Shown here piece by piece: positions 9,519 to 22,164 of a stretch of 64,000 bases of DNA. The stretch lies in the IMG/VR virus record IMGVR_UViG_3300023202_000247, positions 1 to 64,000 of that record. One strand, written 5' to 3'. The notes beneath the pieces were generated by a model, which worked only from the letters and a program-made list of their open reading frames with translations, ran no database searches and was not told the DNA's origin. Position 1 is the first letter of the stretch, and each line of letters starts with the position of its first letter. Position numbers and translations under genes: made by a program.

Positions 9519-12068
9519 AACAGTAGAGGGGTCGACGTGTCGGCCCGAGCGCGAGCACTTGCAGCCCGGTGTCGTGATGCGATTCCTTTGCCTGCCGTTC
9601 GCGGATTGCGTGATTGTCAAGGTCGAAAACGAAACGGTTTACTTTGCCCGTCCGTATCTATACGTTAGCGGTGCGGAGTCGATTCCGGTTCCGTTGACTG
9701 GCGTCGAACGATTCGAAGCAAGTATCGATCGTGTGCTCGAAGACGATGGCATGTTCTCCACCGTGATGTGCTACGACGGTCCGAAGAGGTTTCTGACATG
9801 ACATACATCGTACGTTTCACGCAAGAGATGGCAGTCGAGGCGGCGGATGAATCCGCCGCCGAGAAGCGAGCCGAAGCAATTGTGGATACGATGGGTACGA
9901 CCGAATTGCTCACACACATTCATTACGGACACATCAAAACCATCAACCCGAACGATGAATTGAAAAAGCTTCGAACGCTCGTGGATGAGCTCCGTCGTCG
10001 CGCTCGAATCCATGCGAGTCGAGGTTACGAAGAGTCGGCAAACCTTCTCGAAAACTTCATCACGGGAAAAGAAAGATGAGTGACGAATTCTACAAGCATT
10101 CTGGTGTGAGTCCGGATCTGGTTCTAGTTGCCGTGTATCAATACGACGATCTGGAACACGGCATGGTAACCGAGCGGCAAGAAAAGACGGTGGAGCAATG
10201 GGCGCACATGCTTGGCCCGACCGTTTTCGGTTCGCTCGAAACGCTTCACGATATCTGTGACGCAATCTGGTCGGACGAGTGTGTTTGGGTGGGCACGGCC
10301 GAGCAGCATGAGGCGATGGAGGCTGACGAGGAACGCCGCCGGCTCGAGAAGCTAGCCGGAAAGATTGCGAAGGCTGCAAAGGTTGGCGTCGATTCTCTCG
10401 CATTTCTGCGGGTGGTCGACGAGCACATTCAGCGGGCCGAGCGAGAACGAGCCGACTGGAACAGCGGCGAGATTCGCGCCGAGCAGTGGGCCGCGTGCAT
10501 GCATTCGGGCGCTGGTCAGAGTGCATACTTCGACGACTTGAATTTCGAGAACGGTAGGTATGGCTCATAACTGAACGACCTAGAAGCAATCAAGAATTGG
10601 TTGGCCGAGCAGTGTCCGTTGCTGTTCGCTCAATACAACGAGCAAAAGTCATGAGCGTCAATGTTCATTGCCGAACCAATCTCGACGTCGAGCACGAGTG
10701 TTGGCCTGAAACGTTGTGTGTTCGTCCGATGGTGGGAGACTACATCGAGTCCAAAACTCGACGAAAAGTCGACGGATACGATCGGCGACTTCGCTTGGTG
10801 GTATGTCAAGTGGAAGTCCACGAAGACTGCTGTCAAGTTGAGCTTCACCTTCCACCGGGCGAAACCATCAAACAATTCACGTCCCGCTATCGTCGCAACT
10901 ATCTCGGACGAGCCTGGTAGCGTGGAAATCGTCAAACAGAAAACCCGCCGCGGCGCTCCGTCGCGGTGGGAGTATCGAGACTACGAGATCGAATCGGCCA
11001 AGCCATACAGATACACGGTGTACGATCCCGACGGTGAGCTGCTGGACACATACATGAGTCTAGATGAAGCGGCTGACGCAATTGACATGAGTCTAGATGA
11101 AGCAGCTGACGCAATTGAGTTGCTGGACGAAGCAATCGAAGAACGGAGTTAAACATGGGAATCAAAGACGCAATGCCGGAGCGCTGGGGAGACCGGCACG
11201 AACTAACCTGTACTCGTCACTTGAACCGCCGCATGGCGGTGCGCGAGTTTCGCAAAACAAAGTGTCTCACGCTTCGAGAAGAGTGTTTTGATGACGGTGA
11301 GATCACGTTTTGTGAGACGCTAACGCTCGAGAATGATGGTAGCATTACGCTCGAGTCGTACGGTTGCCACGAGGATGAATGCTTCAAACGGAAGGTAAGC
11401 GTAAAAGAATTTCGAAAACTAATCAGTCGTCACTTCGATCGTCACGCTCGTGTATGGGTAAATGCCTACGCTGTGAACCGAATCTGCTTCAGCCCGGCTG
11501 AGGGAGGGTGTTACGCTGACATTGGCGAAGCCGTTGCCAGCGCTCCGGTGTTGGACAGGGACGGTCGACCGATGGAAGTTGCAGCGCACATGTTCGAGGC
11601 GTTGCGTGACGAATACGACGATGGTCGTAATCGTTTCAGTGTGCTCGGCGGGGCGGACTTGATTATCCGTTTCGAAAAGGAAGCGGCCGAAAATTGGCCG
11701 CAGGGACCGCTAAGGTACGAATGAAAAAGAACAAGTTCAGGAACAAGTTGCACGTGGCGCTTCGCGACTTCAACAAAGAGCAGGCGCAGAAACTGTCGGA
11801 CGAGATCCACAAGGCAGAAGAGGATGGTTACGAAACTATCCCTGTCGGAAGACTCTTTGTGGGAAACGTTGACCAATCGCATATGCAGTTGAGCAAACAA
11901 ACGCTCGAGCTGCTGGGTCAGTATGACTCGGCGGCTCGGGCGGCTCATACGAACATGGAAAGCCTCCGACAGTTTCAAAAGCCGTCGGTTGGGTTGTTCG
12001 TATGTGCATGGTTCGATCGAAATAACGGTGTTTACTCCGCATTGGAGTGGAAGCAAAAAAGGATTTAA
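9511..12068 (+). other. Run of hypothetical genes (9511-9801, 9798-10079, 10076-10570, 10649-10920, ...-11152, 11155-11724, 11721-12068)
   Basis: ATGA overlaps and close spacing. Confidence 0.65.
11052..11118. repeat. 33-bp tandem duplication encoding MSLDEAADAI twice
   Basis: Direct inspection. Confidence 0.9.
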
Positions 12069-12070
12069 AG

Positions 12071-13192
12071 ATGGCAAAGAAAAAGAAGAAGTTCGACGCT
12101 CGCGAGAAGGTGGCCGGCTACATTCTCGAGGCGATGGAAAAGCGTCTCAAGATTGTCGAGGTTGTCAATGTGCTTCGGCATCTGCACGGAGTGCCGGAGC
12201 GCGAGCAGCCCGAGGCTTTCTGGAAGAAGCCTTGGAACGCTGGTCTTCTGCCGCGCAATGCGGAGCGCGGTAACCAGTATCGTGGCGGCAATCTGTTTGC
12301 ACTGAGTTTGCTCGGCTCCACGCCGTTCTGGCTCACCTACAAGCAGGCAACCGAGCATGGTGGTGTGGTCGAGACGGGTGAGCACGGAACGCCCATCCTG
12401 TTCACGCAATTCAAGGAATACGAGAAGAAGGATGGTTCCAAGTATACCTCCTTTTTCCGTCGTTACTACTTGGTGTTCAACGTTTCGCAGTGTCGCGCTG
12501 CGACTGCCGACGATGTGGCCAAGTGGCGCAAGCATGCGGCCGAGGGTTTCGGTCGTGTGAAGAACACGGCGGTGCGTGCTCTCGAGGCTGCGAAGGCAAA
12601 GGACAGCGAAAGCGACGAGAAGGTTGCCGAGCGGATGGCAAAGAAGTGGGCGCGATTCGCGAAGAAGTTGGAAAAGCAGCAAGCGGAAGCAACCAAGCTC
12701 CGCGCAGATGTGGAGCCGATTGCTCGTGCCCAAGCCATTCACGACGGTTACGAAAACGGTCCGAAGGTGACTCACAAGGGTGAACGTGCATTCTACCGGC
12801 CCAGCAGTGACTCCATCACGCTGCCAAAGCCGGAGAAGTTCGAGACTCAGGAAGCGTATCATGCGACGCGCTTTCACGAGGAGGTTCATTCGAGCGGACA
12901 CAAGAGCCGGTTGAACCGTGAGACACTGGAAAAGACTGGTTCCTTCGGTGACCACGAATACTCGAAGGAGGAACTGGTTGCCGAATTCGGTGCAGCAATG
13001 CTTTGCAGCGAGGCTGGCATCGAGACGACTCGGGACAATTCGGTCGAGTACCTGATGAATTGGCTCGGCAAGCTCCGAAACGATCCGGTCATGCTGTACG
13101 ACGCAGCGCAGCAAGCCCAACGGGCTGTCGACCACGTTCTCGGAATCACTCACGAAAATGAGAGTGAGGACGAGAGCGAGAAGGCAGCTTGA
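12071..13192 (+). CDS. ardC: ArdC-like ssDNA-binding anti-restriction protein with zincin-like domain
   Basis: YRGGN, WLTYKQA, YLVFNVSQ, AFYRPSSDSITLP, HEEVHSSGH, YSKEELVAE motifs. Confidence 0.9.
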   Translation: MAKKKKKFDAREKVAGYILEAMEKRLKIVEVVNVLRHLHGVPEREQPEAFWKKPWNAGLLPRNAERGNQYRGGNLFALSLLGSTPFWLTYKQATEHGGVVETGEHGTPILFTQFKEYEKKDGSKYTSFFRRYYLVFNVSQCRAATADDVAKWRKHAAEGFGRVKNTAVRALEAAKAKDSESDEKVAERMAKKWARFAKKLEKQQAEATKLRADVEPIARAQAIHDGYENGPKVTHKGERAFYRPSSDSITLPKPEKFETQEAYHATRFHEEVHSSGHKSRLNRETLEKTGSFGDHEYSKEELVAEFGAAMLCSEAGIETTRDNSVEYLMNWLGKLRNDPVMLYDAAQQAQRAVDHVLGITHENESEDESEKAA

Positions 13193-13197
13193 CCAAG

Positions 13198-13233
13198 CGA
13201 CCATGGGGCGAGCTTTTGCTCGCCCCATGGTCG
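13198..13233 (+). terminator. 16-bp perfect hairpin after ardC
   Basis: CGACCATGGGGCGAGC-TTTT-GCTCGCCCCATGGTCG. Confidence 0.8.
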
Positions 13234-13460
13234 AGCGGGTGCTAAGAAGATATAAATGAGTGCACCTTCATTCAAGCAAGAAATGGAACGTCTAGGAAAC
13301 TCTTACGATAAGAGCGATGAAGACGGTTTCATGTGTATTGCAAGTGACCTATATGTATCGTGGTTTTCACACGATGCAAAGTCTTACGTTCCCCAAACGC
13401 AAAAGCATGGTTCAAATTGTGCGCTGCGTGCCAGTGCATATATTCCAGCCAAAGGATGAG

Positions 13461-13829
13461 ATGCGAAAAGAAATTTACTTCCCGGAAGCGAAGCGCCTGG
13501 GCGACTTGTTTTCCGAGGTCAAGCCATACACTGGCCAATCGCGCGTTATCAAAACGCTCACGGAAGGTGTGGATGAATGCCGCGTTCGATCCTATTGCAC
13601 CGTAACCGGTGTGAATGGTCGAGATGCGCTCGATGTGACACCTACCAAGAAAGTGCTCGACTTCATCGAGCAAAACATGCTCATCATCGAGCCGGGCACA
13701 TACTTCGAGATGGTGCAGCGTGACAACGGAGAGACGCTGGTGATGGTCAAGTACGACTCGATCATCGGCAGCCGTTGGCTCGCTGTGATTCCTTCTACGG
13801 AGGTTCCTGCATACACGAGGATGAAATGA
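13461..13829 (+). CDS. Hypothetical protein, likely paralog of 48704-49093
   Basis: PEAKRLGDLF and VMVKYDSIIGSRWLAVI resemble PEATEFSDLF and VVCSYRKMIKHVRLARI. Confidence 0.6.
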   Translation: MRKEIYFPEAKRLGDLFSEVKPYTGQSRVIKTLTEGVDECRVRSYCTVTGVNGRDALDVTPTKKVLDFIEQNMLIIEPGTYFEMVQRDNGETLVMVKYDSIIGSRWLAVIPSTEVPAYTRMK

Positions 13830-14052
13830 AGTTTGATTTCGAGTTTTTGGGTGACCTTTTGATTGCCTATCCGCTCGTCCATTCCTTTGATGAGTGGGAC
13901 GAAAACGAGTCATGATTACATTCAAGGATAATGAGGAAAAGCCCATTTACTTTGCGTTTGAGGCTGCGGATGAGTTTCGCAAGTTTTTGAGCAAAGTGGA
14001 CCATTCCTTTTTTAAAAAGGTTAAGGTTTTTCCATCCACCGATAAAGTGTGA
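13826..14052 (+). pseudogene. Internally deleted, frameshifted paralog of the N-terminal domain of 18491-19054
   Basis: LIAYPLVHS..EW then ITFKDNEEKPIYFAFEAADEFRKFLS..FFKKVKV in another frame (ATGA at 13912). Confidence 0.75.
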
Positions 14053-14073
14053 GCTTGGAAAGAGGCCCATCAA

Positions 14074-14598
14074 ATGAAAGTACCTAAGTACAGTCCGTGG
14101 GGCAAGGTTGAAACTGCACTTCAAGTAGCTGACGGTATCATGGAGATTAGCACGCCGAGCCACGGTGGTTTCAAGCTCGACCGCAAGCGCAACGCTCTCG
14201 TTCCCGCGCCGCTTCGACGCAAAGGCGGCTGGTACGAGGAAGACTGTGAATGGCCAATCGTGATTCTGGTTTTTCCGGAGCTTGCAGGGAACGAAAGTTC
14301 TGTGGAGCGTGCTCGTCGAGCCGTGAAGAACTACTTTCCGCACCAATACTCTGAGGCTTTCGGTGAGAAGGTGGGGCTCGATGAGAGCTACATTCTTCGC
14401 AGGGAAAAGTTCGAGAGAGAGTCGAAAGAAAAGATGGTTGTGTACTCTGCCATCGGAAAAGGTGATAAGGTCCACGTTCATGCGGAGCGTGCGTCGACGG
14501 GGGAACGAGCACAGTTTCTCGTTCCGAAGGATGAGTACAGAATCAAAATAGATGGCGGGTTCATCGTCGATGAGGCGAGACACGAAAAGGTCGCATAA
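14074..14598 (+). CDS. DUF7007-like protein
   Basis: SPWG, STPSHGGFKL, WYEEDCEW motifs. Confidence 0.65.
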   Translation: MKVPKYSPWGKVETALQVADGIMEISTPSHGGFKLDRKRNALVPAPLRRKGGWYEEDCEWPIVILVFPELAGNESSVERARRAVKNYFPHQYSEAFGEKVGLDESYILRREKFERESKEKMVVYSAIGKGDKVHVHAERASTGERAQFLVPKDEYRIKIDGGFIVDEARHEKVA

Positions 14599-14688
14599 AG
14601 TGGAAAAGCTCGAAGTTGGGGGAGCCATTCACGGTGTTCTCTGGAATCTCAGTGGTAGTCGCGGATACTACTCCGTGTATCGGGTAAA

Positions 14689-15956
14689 GTGATGGCTCAA
14701 ATAGTAAGATACTACCAAGACAATGTCGTCTACGAAGACGGTCCGTTTGTCGTTTGTGACCTGAACACCGGCGGCTGGAGCGGATGGCGTCTACAGGTTG
14801 AGGTGAAGGGACTTCCGCATCCAGTTGTTCCAGAAGATAGCATTTTCGATCTGGTGGAGAGTCGATATGGTTGCAGGTACATGCTCAAAAGCAACGACCG
14901 CGAACGTATCGTTGAGATGTGTGATTACATGAACAGTCTGGTCAAAGATGGCAAGATTGTTTTGGATGGCAGCTGGTGGGTACACAAACCATGAAATATC
15001 GAACGTTCTTGCGCTCAGCACGCAACTTCGAAGAATTTGCAAAGGCTTCCAAGCGCACCGTAGATGAGAACCTTACCTACGAGGAAGCTCGCAGAGCGTG
15101 TCAAAACTACAACAACAACAGAACGCGGCAACAGATTGCGCGCGGGACGAAGATGGAGTTCGAGAGCGAATGAGCACACACGTAGAGGACGAAAAGCTAT
15201 TTGACGAATCAACGATCGCAAGGGATATTCCGTCATCCGCCAACTAATCGAAACAGCCCCACAATGGCTGGAAGAGAAATGTGCAACCCTGGAAGGTGAA
15301 GTGCACGAACGCAATGATTGAACTATTCATCTTCACGGTAACTCTCGGAGTGCTCGATTGTTTCGTCGGGTACTTGGAGGCAAAAGAAACGGCACAAGTG
15401 AAAGAAAGGTTAAACAATGCAAACGTTCAAAACTCCAAGGGATAGGTTCAAGCGTATCATTTCGTGCCAATGTGGATGTGAGTTTAGCATCAAAGCGAGC
15501 GACATTCACGAGGTACGACGTGGCGGTGTTACGCAGCTATCCTATTACGGTGTGCGTTGTCCACATTGTAACCGTACCCATGAAGGGCGCGATTACGGTG
15601 AAAGGTGGCCAGAGCCATAAACAAAATGGTTTTTCGGACGTTTGCTCATGAAGGTACGTGAAGAAATCAATGAGTGATTCAAACAGAAAGGTGAATAAAT
15701 GAGAACCGCAGAAAGTAAAGTTGAAGACCCGTTCGATGAAATAATTGGCGACCTAGCAAAAGAGCTGGGCGTTTCCAAAGAATGTGCATCCAACGTGCGT
15801 TATCTGCGTTCACGTTCACGTTGGACACAAGAACTCGAGGACGAGTTGATTCGTCTTCACAAAGAAGGTAACCCGCCGAACATGAATGAGTTTGGTTGTG
15901 ACAATGGCTCGGCTCTCGAGGCTGAGCTGGAAAAAAAGTACGGAGCAAAGAAGTGA
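14689..15956 (+). other. Small hypothetical genes (14689-14994, 14991-15173, 15417-15620, 15699-15956)
   Basis: ORF track and packing. Confidence 0.6.
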
Positions 15957-16570
15957 AAAAGTTTTCAATCATCATGATGCTCATGCTCGTTGCATGTTCA
16001 TCGAAGAACGTTTCTCGTGTCGATACTGTCGATGCGGGTGGGCAAGCGGGAACCGCGGGTGAGGCAGGAGCCGCTGGTGGTAGCGCTGGTTCTGCCGGTG
16101 CTGGTGGAGCCGGTGCTGGTGGAGCCGGTGTTGGTGGAGCTGCCGGTGTTGGTGGTATTGCAGGTTTTGGAGGTTACGCAGGAACTGCTGGGACCAGCGG
16201 TTCCGGTGGTGCTGCTGGTGCTGCTGGCATGGCTGGCGCGGCTGGTGGAGCGTGTGTCCCAACGACGTGCGACGAGTTTGCCGCAGACAACGGCGGTGAG
16301 TATGCGTGCGATGTGATCGAAGATGGCTGCGGTGGCTTTCTGGATTGCGGAACGTGTCATGCTCAATCCGGCAACGCATACATGACTTGTGGAAAAAAGA
16401 ACGTGTGTGGCGGTGGATGTTCCGATGCAGGTTTGCTACCAAGCTGCCCAGATGGGCAGAAATATGCGTGGACCTGTGCAAGGCCAAAGGGCAACTACCT
16501 GCCTCACCCGAGTTGCACTTGGGATAACGTCAATCTCACTTGGTGTTGTGGTGTTCCACACGGACCATGA
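15953..16570 (+). CDS. Lipoprotein with a Gly/Ala-rich linker and a myxobacteria-type Cys-rich domain
   Basis: Signal peptide with lipobox LVAC; GAGG repeats; CVPTTC...DGCGGFLDCGTC. Confidence 0.8.
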   Translation: MKKFSIIMMLMLVACSSKNVSRVDTVDAGGQAGTAGEAGAAGGSAGSAGAGGAGAGGAGVGGAAGVGGIAGFGGYAGTAGTSGSGGAAGAAGMAGAAGGACVPTTCDEFAADNGGEYACDVIEDGCGGFLDCGTCHAQSGNAYMTCGKKNVCGGGCSDAGLLPSCPDGQKYAWTCARPKGNYLPHPSCTWDNVNLTWCCGVPHGP

Positions 16571-18477
16571 TTGTTGACGGATTCTTTGTCGTTGCATCCA
16601 TGTCCGAAGGTTTCGTAGAAAAACTACGAAACCTTCGGGCCCGAGGAATATTGCTTGGAGGTGAGGTACGTCAAACGGATGGTGACTACATCCGTGCAGT
16701 ACGCAAGCAACGTTACTCACCGGTCGTCCCAAAGATTACAAAGAAGAAAAAGAACAAAAAGAAAAAGGGAAAGTCTACACCCGAGCCGGAGTGTTCGGTT
16801 CCACCAGAGCTGCTACAAGGAATGCTTTACTTTCCATTGCTACAGATGGTTGAGCGACCATCTGAATGCGTCGGGGTGAGCGACGAACGTTGTTGTAGCT
16901 ATGGTGCGCAACAAAGGTGTGAGTGATGAGTCCGTACAGAGAAAATCCGACAAAGGATAAGGATCTTTGCATCGAATGCAAGCATTCATTTGATTGTAAC
17001 GGAACCCTGCACTGTTTGGTAAAGAAAGACACGAAACGAAAGCGTAACGCGGAATCACTTGCGCTAGAAGAGTGTTCTTACGTGCGCTACTATACTGGTA
17101 GCAAGTGTCCCAACTTCAAGCTCAAACTACAACTACTGTAGGTACATGCTCAAAAGGAGAAAACATGGGAGCAATTGTTAAATTCCTTCTGCCCGATCCG
17201 CCCGCTCCCAAAGGTGATGGTTGGAAGAAGAAGGAAGACAAGGTAGTTGAATCATTCGTGCTACGTACCTGGGAGTACGTTCTCGAAGACGATAACCTGT
17301 TAACTGTCGCTTGCATGGCAATGCGCGATTACCTGGGTAAGAAGCGTTACAGCGTTGTAGCTTGCGTAAGTCTGACAGGTAAAGAAACAATCGAAGCAGG
17401 CGAAGAACACATTCGTGTGTTTACGAAAGCGTTCGACAAAGACCGAGCCGACATCAAAAAGAACGTCAACAATACGTTCGGTTTCAATGACGGAGATGAT
17501 TGAGATGAAAAGCACGAGCAAGCAAGCTGAGAGATTGAAGATTGAAATCTCGGGTGGTGAGTACTACCAAAACATCTGGCTCACGCTAGAGGATGGTGGA
17601 AGTGGTAGTTGGACCTACGTCTGCCGTGAAGGACTCACATACATTTTCATCAAAATCATGGACATGGTGGATGCATGCGGCAAAGATATCATCGGTGACG
17701 ATAGCATTCATGCCACGGTGTCCACGGTCGACCTGTTCAATGCTTCGCCTGAAAACATTGGCGATGCTTTGAGATGCATCGGCTATGAGGATGAGCTGAA
17801 CATGTTGGAGGAAAGGGACCGTCTAATCGTTGCTCAGGCAATGATGGAGTACGGAAACCATTCTCCACTTGAACAGTTTAGTGGTCGTCCCGTTACCGAG
17901 AAAAACCTTTGGGATGGTTTCAACGAAGATAACCCCTACTTTCGCAAGGTTCGAGCAGAAGCACGACGCTTTGCCGAAACTCTTTTCGACGAAGAAACGC
18001 GCAATGAATTGCTTGACACGAAGGTGGTGAATGCCATCGGCCAAACGGCGCGAGAGTTTGCCGGTGGTATTGGATCACTTTGGAATTCTCTGCGCAAGAT
18101 CAGGGATAACCCGGAAGCAACGGACGAACAGAAGTTGCTTCTAGGTTTGTACCAAAAAGCGGAAAGAACCCTCGGTGGTCAAAAGATTCCGGAGGATTTG
18201 AGGGAAAATGAATCAGCTTCCGGATGAAGTAAAACAATTCATTACTACGTGTAATGAGAACGCGCAAAAAGCGATTGAAATTGATGATATCATCTACGTC
18301 CAAAAATGCGAAGATGGTTCATTTGAAATAAGCGATAACTACGATCGCTTTTTTAGTACTGTGTGGAAGTACACCGCTGACAAAAAGTGGATGGTGTACG
18401 ACCGAGGCGAAGAACGCTGGGATGAATATTCATTCGAACTAGCAATGGAAGATGCCTCCATTTTGATGACGGGGTGA
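16567..18477 (+). other. Hypothetical genes (about 16567-16926, 16926-17141, 17165-17503, 17505-18227, 18208-18477)
   Basis: ORF track and packing. Confidence 0.6.
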
Positions 18478-18490
18478 AAGCAGGAATAAA

Positions 18491-19054
18491 ATGGGCAGTT
18501 TTAAATTCGAGTTTCGGAACAGTAGCTTTTTGCTCGCCTATCCGCTCATCTATTCTCATGGTGAGTGGAGTCCGAGACAGGACAAAGAGAACGTTGTGCG
18601 TGTCGACTTGGATAAGGTTGACACGATTCGAACCGAGAATGTTGCCAATGGTGGTTGTGACAATTCCGTTCTGATCACATTCAAAGATGATGGCGAGGAG
18701 CCCATTTACTTTGCGTTTGAGGCTGCGGATGAGTTTCGCGAGTTTCTGAGCGAGGTAGATATTTCCTTTTTCAAAAAGGTTAAGGTTTACCCAGCATTTG
18801 GTCCTCGAAACGAGAAAGAAAGGGCCATCTTTGCATGTGAAAACCTCCGCGTTGATGTTCAGTGTGCCATTAACGAGTTGATGGTTGAGAAAGGCATCAG
18901 TCAAGAACAACTAGCAGCTCTCACAGGGTATAGCCTTTCCAAGATCAAAGCTGTCTTTAGCGATGATTGCAAGCTTTCCGTTCGCAAGCTCGGACGCATT
19001 GCTCATGCATTGGGTGTTGAATGTACCATCTCTTTCAAAGGAAAAGATCAATGA
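18491..19054 (+). CDS. Protein with a C-terminal XRE-type helix-turn-helix
   Basis: LMVEKGISQEQLAALTG...LSVRKLGRIAHALG. Confidence 0.8.
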   Translation: MGSFKFEFRNSSFLLAYPLIYSHGEWSPRQDKENVVRVDLDKVDTIRTENVANGGCDNSVLITFKDDGEEPIYFAFEAADEFREFLSEVDISFFKKVKVYPAFGPRNEKERAIFACENLRVDVQCAINELMVEKGISQEQLAALTGYSLSKIKAVFSDDCKLSVRKLGRIAHALGVECTISFKGKDQ

Positions 19055-22000
19055 ACGAATATGAGGTTATCGATCATGGCTGGGATCATTCCCAATACTT
19101 TCGTGGCTGTGGTGTAACGTACTCGGACTACGACCACTGTGCAACAGGGGTTGGTTTCTCTCCAAAGGAAGCTCTCGAAAATGCTTTGGAGCAGATGGCG
19201 ATGAGCGGTGTCGACTGGACCGAAAAGATTCTGGACGAATTGTCGGAAGAGGATGAAAGAGATTGCGAGTGCAAAGATACCGAAGAGTGCGAGCACTACC
19301 ACTACGTTTCTGTACGATGGAAGGACTCTGATGAGCAAAGCTAAGAGTGCCCTGGAGCAGAAGCACATGCAACAGAAAGCTGACGTGCGTACAGCTGAAA
19401 TCTACAAAGCTTTCCGAGATATTCAAGATGGTCCCAATCCGATGACCGATGAAGAAATCATCAAGCTGTCGAAGAAGCGACCACACTATGCTTTTCTTGC
19501 AAAGTATGCGAAGAAGGGCTGATAACATGAACAAAGACACGAACACGCTTCTTGGCGAGTTGGAAGACTTGCGATTCGGCAAGGAAAATGCCGAACGTTT
19601 TGAGGCAATCATCGACGAGTTGGTAGCGCGCGGTGTGTATAAACCCACACCGACTGCTACTACTCGTGAAGAATTCGGCAAGATGGTCAGCGGTTGGGGA
19701 GCACGTTGGCACGAGTGGACGACAGCAGGTGGTCCGCTCGAGTGTCCATCGTGCAAGGCAGACTTACGAGATTACAAAGCCGGCCCACCTTTCAAACGGG
19801 TGATTGGGTTGAGCAATCGTGATAGAATTCATACCTGGCAATGTCCGGATTGCAATCACCAATGGGCGCGACGATGAACGAAGAACAAGTATGTCCGTCA
19901 TGTAAACAAAAAGAAAAGGCTGCGTACATCAGACAACACGTTCTCGCGGAAGTGTCATGCGTTGCAAGTGAAGTAACCGAGCCTCCCATGTACGAGCCTT
20001 GGCTTTTGAGGTTTCGCTTGGGGCAAGCTTTGGTTGACGTTGAATTGGAGCCTGGTCGAATCACGGTGCTCGACGGAGTATCCAAAAGTGCTAGCCATTT
20101 CGATAGCGTTGAAGGTGCGACAGCATGTGTAGTCGGGCTGCTGAAAGATCACTCTCCTTTCAACACACGCAGGCTGTAAATGAGATTCAATCAGACAACT
20201 GGAAGGTACGAGTAAAAATGTTCACCAAAGTTTTTGTGTTCTTCTGTGTTTTCATCGTGAGCGGTGTTCTGTTCTCCGGCTGTGATACGTTGTCACGTGG
20301 TACCGGACTAACCGTTCTCAACTTCAGCATCACATGGGCATTCATGCTCGCCATTGCAACCGCATACATGTGCGTGAAAGGCGTGGGCAAGAAATGAGCG
20401 AAGAGAACGTGTTGCGTGACGAATTGCGATTGACCGCAATTCGTCTGCGCAACATCATGCAACAAAACAAAAATAATCTCTCTGCTGCGGTCAATCATCG
20501 GCTTCAAATGGAGGCAAACAAGGTTGCTGAGCTTGCGGAGAAAGTGGAAAAGCAGCTGAGCGATGTTGTCGTGGATTTTGATGATGCCATCCGTACTCAG
20601 TTTGATCCCTTCGATGGTGGTCTGTTGAATGACCCGTCCGCATACCGTCAATCACTGACGGAGTATGAGGTGTCAAAGCGGTTTCGTTTGCGACTTCGCG
20701 AACATTTGCGAGCGAACGGCTTCGAGGAAGTTGCAGAGCGAATGCCCAACCGAGACTTGGACTTGGAGTCTCAGTGCAAGGTTGATTTCGCTAGGCGGCG
20801 TCTCGAAGGGTTGGAATGTCTGGAGGAAAAGGAATGAATATCAAGTTTGGAAAGCTAAATGTTCAGATGGATCTTTCATCTCTTTCGCTGGAAGAGCTGA
20901 ATAGTGTCGATGTTCAGTTGCGTGAAGCGCGAAAGAGGGTAAGTGACAGCATCAATAGCATTCGCTATGTTTCTGACATTAAGGATCTCAACAAGTGGTT
21001 CGACTTCAGCGGCGGCAACTTCAATCGAACTGAATTGTATCGGACAATGCTCAATTTGATTGAAATGACGCTTAAAAACGAAAACCACTGTCCGAATTCC
21101 TTTTTTGCTAAGAAGATTGCAGATTTTCAATGGCTTCATTCTCGAGTCTTGGGCGTAGACTTGAGTCTAGTTGAAGCTGGAGATATTGTTGGCAGCTTCA
21201 TCAAGTAGGAACAAAGATGAAAAACTTGGTAGGTAAGAAGGTTCACATTGCTCCGGAGTCTTGTGCAAGTCAGGATTACGGAAGGTGGTTCGGTCACTCT
21301 GGTGTGGTCGAACGTAGGTCCGCCAAGAACAAGGGATACTGGGTCCGTGTAGATACGGGCACCAAGACGGAGCCTGTCATCTTCGTTCGCGAAGTTGACT
21401 TGGACTACCTGTTCGTTCCCGAAGACGAGGTGGATTACAGCGTAAATGTAACCATCGAGGAACGTGACAGTGGTTGGTTCTGGTTGACGATGGACAGCAA
21501 GTACGAGATGGGACCGTTTCGTTCACAGCAGGATGCGGACGAGAACGCAACCAAGACTGGCTTCCGTTATCGTGAGCCCAAGGAAACGTTTCGGACCGTC
21601 AATGAATCGCTGAACTGAAATACCGTGTTAGATAAACAGTGGCGAACGTTGCCAACCACAAAGGATAACTGGTCAGAAACGACCAAGATTATCGAACAGT
21701 TGAACGACAACCTAACGAAGCTTTATGGTCAGTATAAGATTGACCAGGATCGTATCGCTGAAAAGAATCAGCAGATTGAACGGCTCGAAAGCTTTGTTCG
21801 TTATGTCAACGAACACGCTGAGAAAAACCCGATGCTCAGGGAACATTTGAGTCATTGGACCGGCTGAAAACATCAACAATTTCAACAACTTGCTCCAAAC
21901 TGGAGAATAACAAATGAAGAAAGAGGTAGAGCTATGAGTAGTGATCTAAAAGATGATGTCAGAGATGAACTAGAGAACTGTATCAGGACTCTAGATGTTG

Positions 22001-22164
22001 AGGGTTTGATCGATGCTCTTGACAATCTAAAGGGGAGTTATGCTGTCCAATACATTCTCAGTGTAATGGAAGAGAATGACTTCGACATCTCTCTACTGGA
22101 TCTCTTGAAAAATGCACGAGATTCTGATGATGAAGAGGATGAAGGTGTGGAAAATGACGAATAA
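19051..22164 (+). other. Run of about 11 small hypothetical genes, several with CxxC pairs
   Basis: Overlapping start/stop codons throughout. Confidence 0.65.

Noticed and set aside
11771-13228. Long minus-strand ORFs (for example 12065-13228, 13867-14628, 7175-7978)
   Set aside because: Antisense shadows of well-supported + strand genes with no recognisable motifs
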